Assembly (NCBI GenBank): GCA_965218795.1
Contig: OZ244653.1
Span: 1,984,001 to 2,048,000, forward strand
Origin: a bacterium
GTDB taxonomy: Bacteria; UBA8248; JACPRG01; G963555815
Reading direction: 5' to 3'
DNA: 64,000 nucleotides
Positions 10,204 through 21,098 of the stretch are shown piece after piece (the first letter of the stretch is position 1; each line of letters begins with the position of its first letter). The translations under genes were made by a program, and so were the position numbers. The notes beneath the pieces were generated by a model, which searched no databases, had not been told where the DNA came from, and worked only from the letters and a program-made list of their open reading frames with translations.

Positions 10204-11886
10204 ATGAGCCTGGATCTTATCCTCAGCGAGGGTCGCATTCTCACCATGGACCCAGAGAATCGGGTGGCGGAGGCCCTGGCCGTGGAGAACGGACGCATTG
10301 TCCAGGTCGGGACCGACACGGACATCCGGGCGCTGGACAACGGGAACGTCCGCCACATCCGTCTGGGCGAGAGGACGGTCGTTCCCGGATTTGTCGATGC
10401 GCACCTGCATATCGACTCCAAAGGCGCGCCCAACACCAACCGAAGGCAGATGCGGCTCCGGAGCCTTCAGGCCATGATGGAAAAGCTCCGGGAACTGGCG
10501 GCCGCGACCCCCCCGGACAGCATTATCAACGTCCCCATGCTGGCCCCCCGGCACCTCATCGAGGAGCAGGCGTATCCCACGCGGTGGGATCTGGACGAGG
10601 TCGCGCCCGATCACCGGGTCATCATCCGCGGAGGCTGGGGGAACAACCGGTTCGATTTTGTCGTCAACAGCCGGGTCCTGAAGGCCGCCGGCATCGACCG
10701 GGATACCGCGTCGCCCCCGGGGGGCGTCATTGAGAAGGACGGAAGGGGAGAGGCCACGGGCCTCCTACGCCTCAATGCGATCGAGCTCCTTCCCCCCTGG
10801 TGCTTCGACACGCCGGAATTTCTTCAGCTCTATCCCCGCGAGACGGCCCTGGAATACATCGATCAGGGGATCCGGGAAGCTCTGATGGAGGGAGTCACGA
10901 CCATCGGGGCGACGCGTGAGAACGCCAAGACGATGTGGGCGTATCAGGAGCTACGCAGCCGGGGCGGACTGCCCGTGCGCATCTCGACGTACATGACCAC
11001 CTTCGGTTACACCAGTCGGATCCACAAGGTCCCCACCCACACCCAAGAGATGAGCAAGCTCGGGATCCAATCGGGATTTGGGGACGACCGGCTCAAGATC
11101 GCGGGCGTGAAGTTCTATATCGATGGATACGAATGCGACCATCTTCCCCTGGCTCCTTTCGCCGCCCCGGAATACCCCGAGCTGCAGGGGAATGACTACT
11201 GGCTCTCGATCCCTGCCCCTGACCCCCGGGACCTCCGGGCGGCCGTCCACGCGGCCCATATCGCGGGCTTACAGGTCGCGGGCCACTGCATCGGGGACCG
11301 CGCCATCGAGCTCTTTCTGGACGCCCTGGAATGGGCGCTCCTTCGCGATCCGAAGCCGGACCACCGTCACCGCATCGAGCATCCTGTGATCTGCTCGCCC
11401 CGCATCGTGGACCGCATGGCCCGGCTGCGGGTCATCGCCGTGATGATTCCATCCATCATCGGTCTCATGGGCCCCACCCTCATCCACAACAACAGTCCCG
11501 AACGGATGGGTTGGATGTACCCAGCCCGGGAGTGGCAGAAGGCGGGGGTGCATCTTGCCATGGGAACCGACCTCGTGACGAACGTTCAGACGCACATCTA
11601 CCACGCCGTCACGCGAACCATGGAGAACGGGGAAGTCGCCAACTCAGACCAGTGCATCGAACCCCTGGACGCCTTGCGCGCCTTCACCATCGATGCGGCC
11701 TATGCCCTGCGGGAGGAGGACAATCGCGGATCCATCGAGCCCGGCAAATACGCGGACCTGGCGATCCTCCCGGAGGACCCGCTCCAGATCGACAGGGAGA
11801 AGCTGAAAGACCTTCCGGTACAGGCCACCGTTTTGGAGGGGAAACCGACCTACGACCCGGAGGGCCTCTTGGACGGTCGGGGATGA
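10204..11886 (+). CDS. Amidohydrolase 3 (YtcJ-like) metal-dependent hydrolase
   Basis: PGFVDAHLH, VKFYIDG, HCIGDRA, HRIEH and GSIEPGKYADL motifs. Confidence 0.92.
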   Translation: MSLDLILSEGRILTMDPENRVAEALAVENGRIVQVGTDTDIRALDNGNVRHIRLGERTVVPGFVDAHLHIDSKGAPNTNRRQMRLRSLQAMMEKLRELAAATPPDSIINVPMLAPRHLIEEQAYPTRWDLDEVAPDHRVIIRGGWGNNRFDFVVNSRVLKAAGIDRDTASPPGGVIEKDGRGEATGLLRLNAIELLPPWCFDTPEFLQLYPRETALEYIDQGIREALMEGVTTIGATRENAKTMWAYQELRSRGGLPVRISTYMTTFGYTSRIHKVPTHTQEMSKLGIQSGFGDDRLKIAGVKFYIDGYECDHLPLAPFAAPEYPELQGNDYWLSIPAPDPRDLRAAVHAAHIAGLQVAGHCIGDRAIELFLDALEWALLRDPKPDHRHRIEHPVICSPRIVDRMARLRVIAVMIPSIIGLMGPTLIHNNSPERMGWMYPAREWQKAGVHLAMGTDLVTNVQTHIYHAVTRTMENGEVANSDQCIEPLDALRAFTIDAAYALREEDNRGSIEPGKYADLAILPEDPLQIDREKLKDLPVQATVLEGKPTYDPEGLLDGRG

Positions 11887-12110
11887 GCGGCCCGCCCAAT
11901 CCGACGCGCAACTGGAAAGAGGGCCTAATACACCTTCTTCGGCAGGGCCCAGCCCGCCGTGAAGCCGCTGGCTTCCTCGTTCTTCGTTGAAGCGGTGGTG
12001 GACCTGCAGACCACTTTCACGCCGCCCTTCACTGTGGAGAAGCCGCTAGGGAGAACCCTGGGGGGGAGGGTTAAGTCGCCATCGTCCATCTTGGTTTGGG
12101 AATGTCGGTA

Positions 12111-13396
12111 TGCAGAAATGGACCCCGATTTTTGGACAGTCCTCTAAGTGTACTCTGCCCCCAGTGGAACACGTGTTTCATGCAGCGTCGGGCCACGAGC
12201 GCTCGCCGGCATACACCGCGTCGGGGGTGCGGCGGTTGAGGCGTTGATGGCGCCGTTCGGCATTGTAGAACCGGAAGTAGCGAGCCAGAGCGGCTCTGGC
12301 AGCGGGCACCGTCTCGTAGGCGTGCAGATACACCTCCTCATATTTCACGCTGCACCACAGCCGCTCGATGAACACATTATCGACCCAGCGGCCCTTACCG
12401 TCCATGCTGATGGCTACCTCATGGGCCGTGAGCACCTCGGTGAAGGCCGAAGTGGTGAACTGGGCACCCTGGTCGGTGTTGAAAATCTCCGGGTTTCCAA
12501 AGCGCCCGAGTGCCTCCTCAAGCGCTTGGACGCAGAACTCGCTATCCAGGGTATTGGACAGTTGCCAAGCGAGCACCTTGCGGCTGTACCAGTCCATGAT
12601 GGCGACCAGGTACAGGAATCCCCGGGCCATCGGGATGTAGCAGATGTCGGCCGCCCAGACCTGGTTGGGCCGTTCAATGGTAAGGTTCCTGAGCCGATAC
12701 GGATAGACCTTGTGACCCTGGCCCGGTCGGCTCGTTCGCACCCGTGGATACAGCGCCCTGAGCCCCATCAGGCGCATCAGACGCTGGACTCGCTTGCGGC
12801 TGACCCGCTGCCCCCGGTCCTCGAGCCAGTCGCGAAGCCGGCGGCTGCCGTAAAACGGGTACTGAAGATGAACCTCGTCGATCAGGCCCATCAGCGCCAG
12901 GTCCTTCTCCGAGATTGGCGCCCCCTGGGAATACGCCGTGGAGCGCGCCAACTCCAGTAGCTCGCACTGGCGCGTCACCGGCAATGATTGTCCTCGCTCG
13001 ACCATGGCCTTGCGCTCACCCCGGCTCAGGGACCGAGCTTTTCGGATAAAAAATCCCGTTCCATCGTCAACTGCCCGATCTTGGCATGCAGCTCCTTGAG
13101 CTGGTGCTCCGTGTCGCCCTCGCGCCGCCCACCTGGCTCAAACACCGCCTCAGCGCGGTTGACCAATTGGCTGCGCCAACCCTGGATCTGATTGGGGTGT
13201 ACATCATAGTGCTCGGCCAACTCCGCCAGCGTCTTGTCGCCCCGGGCCGCCGACAGGGCCACCTTCGCCTTGAACGCCGCCGAATGATTCCTCCGCTTTC
13301 GTCTCATCTTCTGCTCCTCTCCCCCCTTCATTACCTTGGCAGAAGACACTTAGCAAATCTCCTCCTCTGTCCAACCAATTGGGGCCACCTCTTGCA
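12111..13396 (-). mobile_element. IS3-family element, apparently complete (orfA 13026-13307; orfB 12178-13005)
   Basis: DDE core WAADICYI, NTDQGAQF, DNVFIERLW; imperfect IRs TGCAGAAATGGACCCCGATTTTTGGACAG / TGCAAGAGGTGGCCCCAATTGGTTGGACAG. Confidence 0.92.
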
Positions 13397-13736
13397 CCAT
13401 TTGGAGGGCTCGCGCCGATCAGGTCCTGACCTGCCTCCTCAAGCCTTCCAAAAGTCAATCGTCAAGTAGGGTGTCCCCAGAATCCCCGGATGAGCGTCGC
13501 TCTGGTCGAGCGTCTGTGCGGCCACCGTCGGCATCGAGAAAGGTCGATGCACGGCCCTTAACCCCCTTAGATGTATCAAGCCGTTCTCATCGGCCGTGAA
13601 ACCCTATTATTCCATTGATATTATTGGAAAATATGCACTGTTCCCGTTCTCGTCCGGAAACTGTCTTCTACAGTCCGTAATCAAAATGAAAGCGGATTCG
13701 TTAAAACTCCTGCGCATCTCGGCGAGTCCCTGTCGG

Positions 13737-13812
13737 GCCGAGTAGGCGGGGGCATTGCTGCGCCCCGCCCCTCACAGAGCCGAGCGTGCGCGATTGACGC
13801 ACTCGGTTCCTC
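13737..13812 (-). mobile_element. Group II intron 3' remnant (domains V and VI); no RT ORF
   Basis: Minus strand reads GAACCGAGTGCGTCAATCGCGCACGCTCGGCTC-TGTGAGGGG-CGGGGCGCAGCAATGCCCCCGCCTACTCGGC, matching the DV/DVI consensus. Confidence 0.8.
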
Positions 13813-14354
13813 ACCTGACAGGTTCGCTCAAGAAGGTTGTCCTTGATCCGCAGGTCGAGGAGTGTCCGGAGGTGGGAACCGTTCCGGATGTCTCCTCGCC
13901 TGTTCGGCTTGGCGACATTCCGTCTCGCGCAGCAGCACCGGCAACGCGAGAGCTTGTGCCCCGGTCGGTCCAAGCATCAAGATGTGGGCAAGTGCGCTGT
14001 GTAGACTGACTTAGGAGGAGAACATGAAGTAATCCAAGCACTTGGCCGTGCCGATTCGACCGGTGGCTGAAACGCCGCCACGCCCGGCAAAGGGTGCCGA
14101 GCGGAAAGGGGGTCGCCAAGCTCCGCCGGTTTCCGACGGCGGGACGAGAAAGCCGTGATCTGAAGTGTACCGGCGCGAGCCGTTGCTCGCGGGTCGGGCC
14201 ACCACGGGACCTATGGCGAGATACGAGCGAAGCATGTGTCGTAAGCCTCTTCATTTACTCTTGGACCCTCAATGGCCCGACAAGGCGGAGGGATGCGCAT
14301 TTGGCCAAGGATTTGGGCGTCGACGTGCGTCAAACTTCTGAAGAAGGGAGCGAC

Positions 14355-14918
14355 GTGGATGATGGCGCCTCTATGAGTGCGGAGACGGACGGTGCGTTGG
14401 CCAGACGGTCGGCTGCGGGCGACCGGGATGCGTTCGCCACGCTTCTGGAGCGCCACTACGAGCGGATCTACCGCGTCGGTGCGCGCGTGCTCGGCAACGA
14501 CGAAGAGGCCGCCGATCTTGCACAGGATGTCTGCGTCGGATTGATCGGCAAGCTCCCGTCCTACCGAGGCGAGAGCCAGTTCACGACCTGGCTCTACCGG
14601 GTGGTGGTCAATGCCGCGCGGGACAGGCTGCGACGCGATGGCGCAATGCGACGCAACGAACAGGACTTCGCGGAGATCGATTCCATGATCAAGGCTGGGC
14701 GGGCCGAGCGAGAGAGCGAGGCCATCAGGCTCCGGCAGGTGCTGGGCGCGCTTGGCGCCGATCTGCGCGCGACCGTGATTCTCGTGATCGAGGAGGGGTT
14801 GCGGCACGCGGAAGCCGCCGAAGTCCTGGGTGTGTCGGAATCGACCGTATCGTGGCGGATGCATGAGGTGCGCAATCGCCTGCGCACCCTGCTGACCGGC
14901 GGGGGGGTATTGCCGTGA
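14355..14918 (+). CDS. ECF RNA polymerase sigma factor
   Basis: GDRDAF, AADLAQD, FTTWLYRVVVN and HAEAAEVLGVSESTVSWRM motifs; start is either 14355 or 14373. Confidence 0.92.
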   Translation: MDDGASMSAETDGALARRSAAGDRDAFATLLERHYERIYRVGARVLGNDEEAADLAQDVCVGLIGKLPSYRGESQFTTWLYRVVVNAARDRLRRDGAMRRNEQDFAEIDSMIKAGRAERESEAIRLRQVLGALGADLRATVILVIEEGLRHAEAAEVLGVSESTVSWRMHEVRNRLRTLLTGGGVLP

Positions 14919-16867
14919 ACGACGAACTCGAGAGGCTGAAGTCGGCGCTTGGCGCCAACGCGCCGCGGTCATCGGCGCGAGATCGCGATCGCGCGATCGC
15001 CGCGGCAATGGCCGCTTTCGACCGGCGCCACCAAGGAATTCGGGACGGGCAACGTCAGAAAAGGCATGTAACGGAACGCGGTACATCCTGGCTGAGGAGG
15101 ATCTCGATGCCCTTGTCACGACGTCTCTATCTGGCGGTTGCCGGCGCCGCTGCCGTTCTCATCATCGCCGTCGGGATCGGCTACCTGACCTTCCTGGTTC
15201 CCTCACCGGGCAATCTCGCGACAGACACGGTGTCCGCGAAACGGGATACCGATCTCAGGAAGCGGTCGTTGAAGCTGAGTACAGATCAGAAAGCACCCGC
15301 CGCCGAAATGAGCCGCGAGGCAGCAAAAAACCTCCCGCGCTCCCTGTCCGCGCCCGCTCCGCCTCCCAGTGCGGCGCGGGTCAGATCGGCCGCACGCGAA
15401 CCGTCCTCTTTCCCTTACCCCGACCAGGGCCGGGACCGCTTCGTCCCGTTCGACACGAACCCGGTCAAGGTCGCCTCCGAGGATCCGGTATCCACCTTCT
15501 CGATCGACGTGGACACGGCGTCCTACGGTTTCATGCGGGCCTCGCTCAACCGAGGCGTGCTGCCGCCGCGGAACGCGGTGCGGACAGAGGAGCTGATCAA
15601 CTACTTCCCCTACGGCTACGCGCCGCCCGAGAATCCTGAAACGCCGTTCGCCGTACACGCTTCCCTGATGCCGACGCCGTGGAACGGAGCGACGCAGCTG
15701 ATGCATATCGGCATCAAGGGGTATGTTCCGGCCCGGGAGTCGCGTCCGCGCGCGAACCTGGTGTTCCTGATCGACACCTCCGGCTCGATGCGCGCGCCGA
15801 ACAAGCTGCCGCTGCTGAAGAACTCGTTGAAGCTGCTGCTGGGCGCGCTGGCGCCGGACGACAGGGTGGCCATCATCACGTATGCGGGCTCCGCCGGTAC
15901 GGTGCTCGCACCGACCAGGGTGGCCGAGCGCGCCAGGATCGCGGCCGCTCTCGAGCGCCTCGGTGCAGGCGGGTCGACGGCGGGCGCCGAGGGGATACGG
16001 CAGGCCTATCTGCTGGCCGAACAGCATTTCGTCGAGCGCGGCATCAACCGCGTGATCCTCGCCACGGACGGGGATTTCAATGTCGGCGTCACCGACCCGG
16101 AGGAACTGGAAGGCTATGTCGCGCGCAAGCGCGCCGGCGGCGTGTTTCTCTCGGTTCTCGGCTTCGGCATGGGCAACTACAACGACGCGCTGATGCAGCG
16201 CCTGGCGCAGAACGGGAACGGCAACGCCGCCTATATCGACAGCCTGTCGGAGGCGCGAAAAGTGCTGGTCGACGAGGCCACCTCGACGCTCTTCCCCATT
16301 GCCAAGGACGTGAAGATCCAGGTCGAGTTCAACCCGGCGCTAATCAGCGAGTATCGGCTGATCGGCTACGAGACGCGGATGCTCAAGCGTGAGGATTTCC
16401 GCAACGACAAGGTGGACGCAGGCGAGATCGGCGCGGGCCACACGGTGACCGCTCTCTACGAGATCACGCTTGCAAGCTCGGGCGCCGAACTGACCGCACC
16501 GCTTCGGTATGGGCGCAAGACGGCAAAACGGCAGGGCGGTTTCGACAATGAATTCGCGACCATATCCATCCGCTACAAGAAGCCCGACGCCGAATCAAGC
16601 GCGCTGATCGCCCAACAGGTCACGTCGGCCAACGCGTTCGAGAACGCCGACAGTGCGCCGCGGGACGTCCGTTTCGCCGCCGCGGTCGCCGCGTTCGGCC
16701 AGCTCCTGCGCGGCGGCCGCTACACCGGAAACTACGGCTATGACGACATTGTCTCCGCCGCCCAAGCTGCCAAGGGCGAAGATCCGTTCGGCTACCGGGC
16801 GGAGTTCATCGGCCTCGTCCGCTTGGCCAAGACCGCCTCTGCGATGGAACCGTTGCGTCAGCCCTAG
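14915..16867 (+). CDS. Membrane-anchored vWA domain protein (YfbK-like), possible anti-sigma partner
   Basis: TM segment; STFSIDVDTASY; MIDAS motif DTSGSM; LATDGDFNVG; overlaps the sigma stop codon (GTGA). Confidence 0.92.
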   Translation: MNDELERLKSALGANAPRSSARDRDRAIAAAMAAFDRRHQGIRDGQRQKRHVTERGTSWLRRISMPLSRRLYLAVAGAAAVLIIAVGIGYLTFLVPSPGNLATDTVSAKRDTDLRKRSLKLSTDQKAPAAEMSREAAKNLPRSLSAPAPPPSAARVRSAAREPSSFPYPDQGRDRFVPFDTNPVKVASEDPVSTFSIDVDTASYGFMRASLNRGVLPPRNAVRTEELINYFPYGYAPPENPETPFAVHASLMPTPWNGATQLMHIGIKGYVPARESRPRANLVFLIDTSGSMRAPNKLPLLKNSLKLLLGALAPDDRVAIITYAGSAGTVLAPTRVAERARIAAALERLGAGGSTAGAEGIRQAYLLAEQHFVERGINRVILATDGDFNVGVTDPEELEGYVARKRAGGVFLSVLGFGMGNYNDALMQRLAQNGNGNAAYIDSLSEARKVLVDEATSTLFPIAKDVKIQVEFNPALISEYRLIGYETRMLKREDFRNDKVDAGEIGAGHTVTALYEITLASSGAELTAPLRYGRKTAKRQGGFDNEFATISIRYKKPDAESSALIAQQVTSANAFENADSAPRDVRFAAAVAAFGQLLRGGRYTGNYGYDDIVSAAQAAKGEDPFGYRAEFIGLVRLAKTASAMEPLRQP

Positions 16868-16884
16868 AGACGCTCTTCGGAATG

Positions 16885-17164
16885 GGCTGTTGACGAGCAT
16901 GCAGTTCTCTCGGCCAGGTAAGCCGACCGACAATACGTTCATCGAATCGTTCAACGGCACGCCGCGGGACGAATGCCTGAATGTGCAATGGTTCGACGAT
17001 TTGACGGACGCACGGAGGAAGTTGCAAGCTTGGCAGCGAGCGTACAATGAGACTCGACCTCACCGGTCTCTCAATGAACTCTCTCCCCAGGAATTCAAGG
17101 CCCTTTGGGCCCAACAACGTCAGAAATTTACTGACTGGGTGGACCAATAAATGGGGGTCCTTCA
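16885..17164 (+). mobile_element. IS3-family 3' remnant with right IR
   Basis: PGKPTDNTFIESFNG..YNETRPHRSL followed by GTGGACCAATAAATGGGGGTCCTTCA. Confidence 0.85.
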
Positions 17165-17186
17165 AGGGTCCCATTTCTGACGTAGC

Positions 17187-17214
17187 AGGTGGTCTCGTTC
17201 GTGGGGGCAGATCA
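17187..17214. mobile_element. Orphan IS3 terminal IR, same type as the 23297 end
   Basis: Reverse complement TGATCTGCCCCCACGAACGAGACCAC compared with TGACCTGCCCCCACTAACGAGACCAC. Confidence 0.7.
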
Positions 17215-17284
17215 AATTCACGCTGAGCTGGTTTGTGTTGAAGCGTTGTCATTGGTCATACCGTATAAGGGCAGCTCTCGTGAC

Positions 17285-17567
17285 TCCAGGGGATCACCCG
17301 GTCGTTCAGAAGATTGGCCGCGCAGATCGGCGTCTTGCGGTCATAGAGCTTGGCGAAGGCGACCTTCGAGTAGGTGTCGACGAAGGTCTGCTGGTCGATC
17401 TGCCCCACCCCATTCATGACGCCCACATAGAAGGTGTCCTAGGCCCCGCAATAGCCCGGATCCTCACTCTCGAAGGCACACTGTAGGCCTCCTTGTCCGC
17501 CTTCCCCTCTCCAGCGCCGCAACCTGAATCTTCGGTGAACACGAGGCCATCCTGCGCCGCCTTGGCC
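17285..17567 (-). pseudogene. IS481-family transposase fragment
   Basis: Manual translation PGYCGA*DTFYVG..QQTFVDTYSKVAFAKLYDRKTPICAANLLNDRVIP; internal stop and frameshifts. Confidence 0.8.
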
Positions 17568-17694
17568 TACTGGCCACCAGAGGCCAGATTCTCAAGTTCC
17601 CAAGCCCTGGAGCCAGTCCCTCGGAGAACTGTACGGCAGAAGATCCCACTTATCAGACCCCGTTCACTGTCCAGCTCTTGGGGCCCAACTCTGG

Positions 17695-17961
17695 TTCTAC
17701 AACGATCCGGCCGCGCCCGCGTTTGCGAGTTATCCGCCCTTCGAGATCATCAAGTTGTGCTGCACGACCGGGGTCCAGAGAGTGGCCGCGATCAGCTCCG
17801 CGTTCTTGTCTCTCGTCTCAGCCTGTTGTGACTAAAGTCACTCCACGCAGACATTTTTCTTCGATCTCGTCCCCGACGGACCTGCGGATGGCGTTCAGCT
17901 TGCGAAGCTGGCCCATCATCAGGCTACTCTCGTCTGGTGCGTTGGAAGAAATCTGAGTCAT
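17695..17961 (-). pseudogene. Degraded small hypothetical protein
   Basis: GQLRKLNAIRRSVGDEI..DKNAELIA..KRGRGRIVVEP broken by frameshifts and a stop; family recognised from memory only. Confidence 0.35.
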
Positions 17962-17986
17962 GAGTTTTTCCTTCCGCAGGAGGTGT

Positions 17987-19397
17987 TGGAGTTACCCCGT
18001 TTCAGTGGACAGTTTATGGCTGTCGTCCCCAGCCCTGAGGTGGGCGACAGCCGGTGGACGTAAAGTCTTCTCCCTATCCGATAGATAGGGTGCCCCCGGG
18101 GGGTATGTCTTGACCTTTGGCTCGCCGCTCTGGGAAGCGCCGGGGACGGCTCGAGCCGGACGATGAGCGTTGCGCACTGCACGTGGCGTTTCCTTCGCCG
18201 CGGCGCGTTCGAAGTCGTTGGGGCTGAGGTAACCCAGGGCCGAATGACGACGGCGTGGGTTGTACCAGCCTTCGATGAATTGGAAGATCGCCATGCGCGC
18301 TTCGGCCTGGGTACGGAACGAGCGCCGGTCGATGAGCTCGCACTCCAGCGTGGCAAAGAAGCTCTCGGCCATGGCGTTGTCGAAGCAATCCCCGGCCGAC
18401 CCGGTCGAGGGAACCACCCCCATCTGGCGGCACCGCTTGCCGAAGGCGAGCGAAGTGTACTGCGATCCCCTGTCGGAGTGATGCACGACCCCGTCGGGGC
18501 GGCGCTGTCCCAACGCCATGTTCAGCGCCCCGAGCACCAGTTCGGTGCGAAGATGGTGGGTCATGGACCAGCCCACCGCCCGGCGGCTGAACACGTCGAG
18601 CACGATGGCCAGGTACACGAACCCCGTCCAGGTCGGCACGTAGGTCACGTCGGCCACCCAAAGCCGATCCGGCCCATCGGCCTGGAACTGGCGTTCGACC
18701 CGGTCCGGGACCACACAATGGCTCTGGTCCACGCGCGTAGTGCGCATACCTCGGCGTCGGCTCACCCCGGCCAACCCTGCCTCGCGCATCAGACGAGCCA
18801 CCCGTTTGCGGCTCACCCGGCAGCCGCCGGCCATCAGCTCGGCATGGACCCGAGGCGCCCCGTAGGTGCCACCAGATGCCTCGTGGATGGCCCGTATCGT
18901 GCCCCCCAACACCTCGTCGCGCTTCGCACGAGGAGAACGCCCACGGCCTCGCCACGCGTAGTACCCGCTGGGGGAGACGCCCAGCACCCGGCACATCGTG
19001 GCCACCCGATGATGGGCCTGATTCGCCTTCACGAGCTCGAGGACTTCGCCCGGACCGAGCCGGTCTCCCGAGCGAACCAAGCCGTAGCTTTTGCCAGTAT
19101 CTCGCGTTCTTCGCGAAGCTGACGAACCTCTCGACGAAGCCGTCGCAGCTCCTCAAGCTCGGCGCTTGTCAGACCATCCTCACGACGGCCTTCGTCCCGG
19201 TCGGCCTGACGCACCCAGTTGCGAATCGCCGAAGCGGAACACTCGAACTCCCGGGCCAGCTCCCCGGGCGTACGGCCCGAGCGAACCAGCTCGACCATCT
19301 GGCGCCGGTACTCCGGCGCGTAGGGTGAATGAGTTTTCGCCATCGGAACACCTCCTCCGCACAGTCTGAAGGTGTCCACTGAAACAGGTCAACTCCA
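17987..19397 (-). mobile_element. IS3-family element, complete (orfA 19029-19343; orfB 17992-about 19050)
   Basis: IRs TGGAGTTACCCCGTTTCAGTGGACA / TGGAGTTGACCTGTTTCAGTGGACA; WVADVTYV, HHSDRGSQY and DNAMAESFF motifs. Confidence 0.95.
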
Positions 19398-20450
19398 CCA
19401 TTGAGCAGCTCGTCCCTGAGCTTGCCATTAAAGCTCTCGTTGTAGCCGTTCTCCCAGGGCGAGCCGGGCTCGATGAACAGGGTTCTCACCCCGACTCGCG
19501 GTAGCCAGTCCCGAACAACCTGAGCGGTAAACTCCGGCCCGTTATCCGACCGAATGTGCTCCGGCGCTCCATGGCGAGCGAACAGGGCACTCAGGCAGTG
19601 CAGGACATCGTCGCTGCACAGCTTGCGGCCGATCTCGATGGCAAGGCACTCACGCGTGTATTCGTCGAGCACTGTCAGCATCCGGAAGGCCTTGCCGTCA
19701 TGCGTGCGTCCCTGGACGAAGTCATAGGCCCAGACATGATGGGGCCAGCAGGGCCTCAGACGGATACAGGAACCATCATTGAGCCACAGACGTCCCCGTC
19801 TGGGTTGCTTCTTAGGCACCTTCAGCCCCTCCCGCCGCCAGATCCGTTCCACCCGCTTGTGGTTCACGCGCCAACCCTCTGCTCGAAGCAACGCCGTCAC
19901 CCGGCGATAGCCATAACGGCCATACTGACCAGCCAAGCGGATGATCGCCGCCGCCAACGGACCGGCCTCCTCCACGATGCTCGGACTGTAGCGCTGGCTC
20001 GTGCGCGACTGGCCCAGGACCATGCAGGCCCGACGTTCGGAAACAGGGTAGCGTTCCATCACGTAGGACACACAGCGTCGGCGACGCTCGGGGCTTACCA
20101 GTTTCCCTCAACAGCTTCCTTCAGGATCAACTTGTCCAGCGTCAGATCGGCAACCGCACGCTTGAGCCGGGCATTCTCCTGCTCTAGCACCTTCAGACGC
20201 TTCGCCTGGTCCAGCTTCAGGCCGCCATACTCGCGGCGCCACCGGTAAAACGTCTGCTCCGTGATGCCTATCCGACGACAGAGCTCGCCAACCCGCTGGC
20301 CCTGTGCCAGCAGCACTTCCGCCTCCCGAAGATGATTGATGATCTGCTCGACCGTAAAACGTTTCCTGGGCATCTGATCCCCCTCCTCAATGACCCAAAT
20401 GCCGAAATACACTAACTCAGCAAATGGCTCCGGTTAAAGGGGGCAGGTCA
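19398..20450 (-). mobile_element. IS3-family element interrupted by the 17987-19397 IS (orfA 20095-20373)
   Basis: IR TGACCTGCCCCCTTTAACCGG; orfB stops at KLRDELLNG exactly at the other element's IR. Confidence 0.92.
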
Positions 20451-20453
20451 CCC

Positions 20454-20525
20454 ATCCGCTGTGAAACCGTGGACCTCGAGGTCCCGGCGGACGCGGAGTT
20501 GGTGATCGAAGGTGAAATCTCCACG
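20454..20525 (+). pseudogene. UbiD-family decarboxylase fragment
   Basis: Manual translation IRCETVDLEVPADAELVIEGEIST matches the UbiD motif. Confidence 0.65.
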
Positions 20526-20599
20526 GCGTCACGGAGGCGTCTTCTGGACAGGAGATAAATTGATGACCGAGTTAGGAGGCAAGGACTGAACCGTTTTTT

Positions 20600-20665
20600 T
20601 ATTTGTTGACAATACCCTCAGGCAAGGAATCTAATAAATTAAAGGTATTATGTCATACTGGTTAT
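20600..20665 (+). promoter_or_regulatory. Possible promoter and operator (TTGACA; GGTATTATGTCATAC near-palindrome)
   Basis: AT-rich intergenic region; the palindrome resembles GntR-type boxes. Confidence 0.3.
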
Positions 20666-21098
20666 GAGGCCTTTGTCATTCCAAGGAAACTGAATGACCA
20701 TCCGTTAATCGAAACCCAAGAGAGGAGAATCCCGAGAACGCCTCATTGAGATTAATTCTGTACTCGAACAAGTCGACTCGGATTTGGGTGTTCATAGTCA
20801 TAACACCACACATTTCTCTATTTGATTAGAGGCGGGAAGAGTGCCCATGGGGACGAGGCGGGTTGTCGTCACGGTTAACGGCCAGTAGTATCGGTTGATC
20901 AAGAAATCTCGCGAAAAAGGGACCCATGGGAAAACCGATGGTGAAGACGTACGCAAGGGCTTTCACGAATGGGAAACGAAGAGGCGGCGAAGAGAATCAC
21001 CCTGAGCCGAAGTCCCGCTACGCTGATTTGAAGGCGTCGACACCGGCTCCAAAGACTGAAATTCATGCTTCAGATAAAAAACGGCGGCGAGCCAAAAC

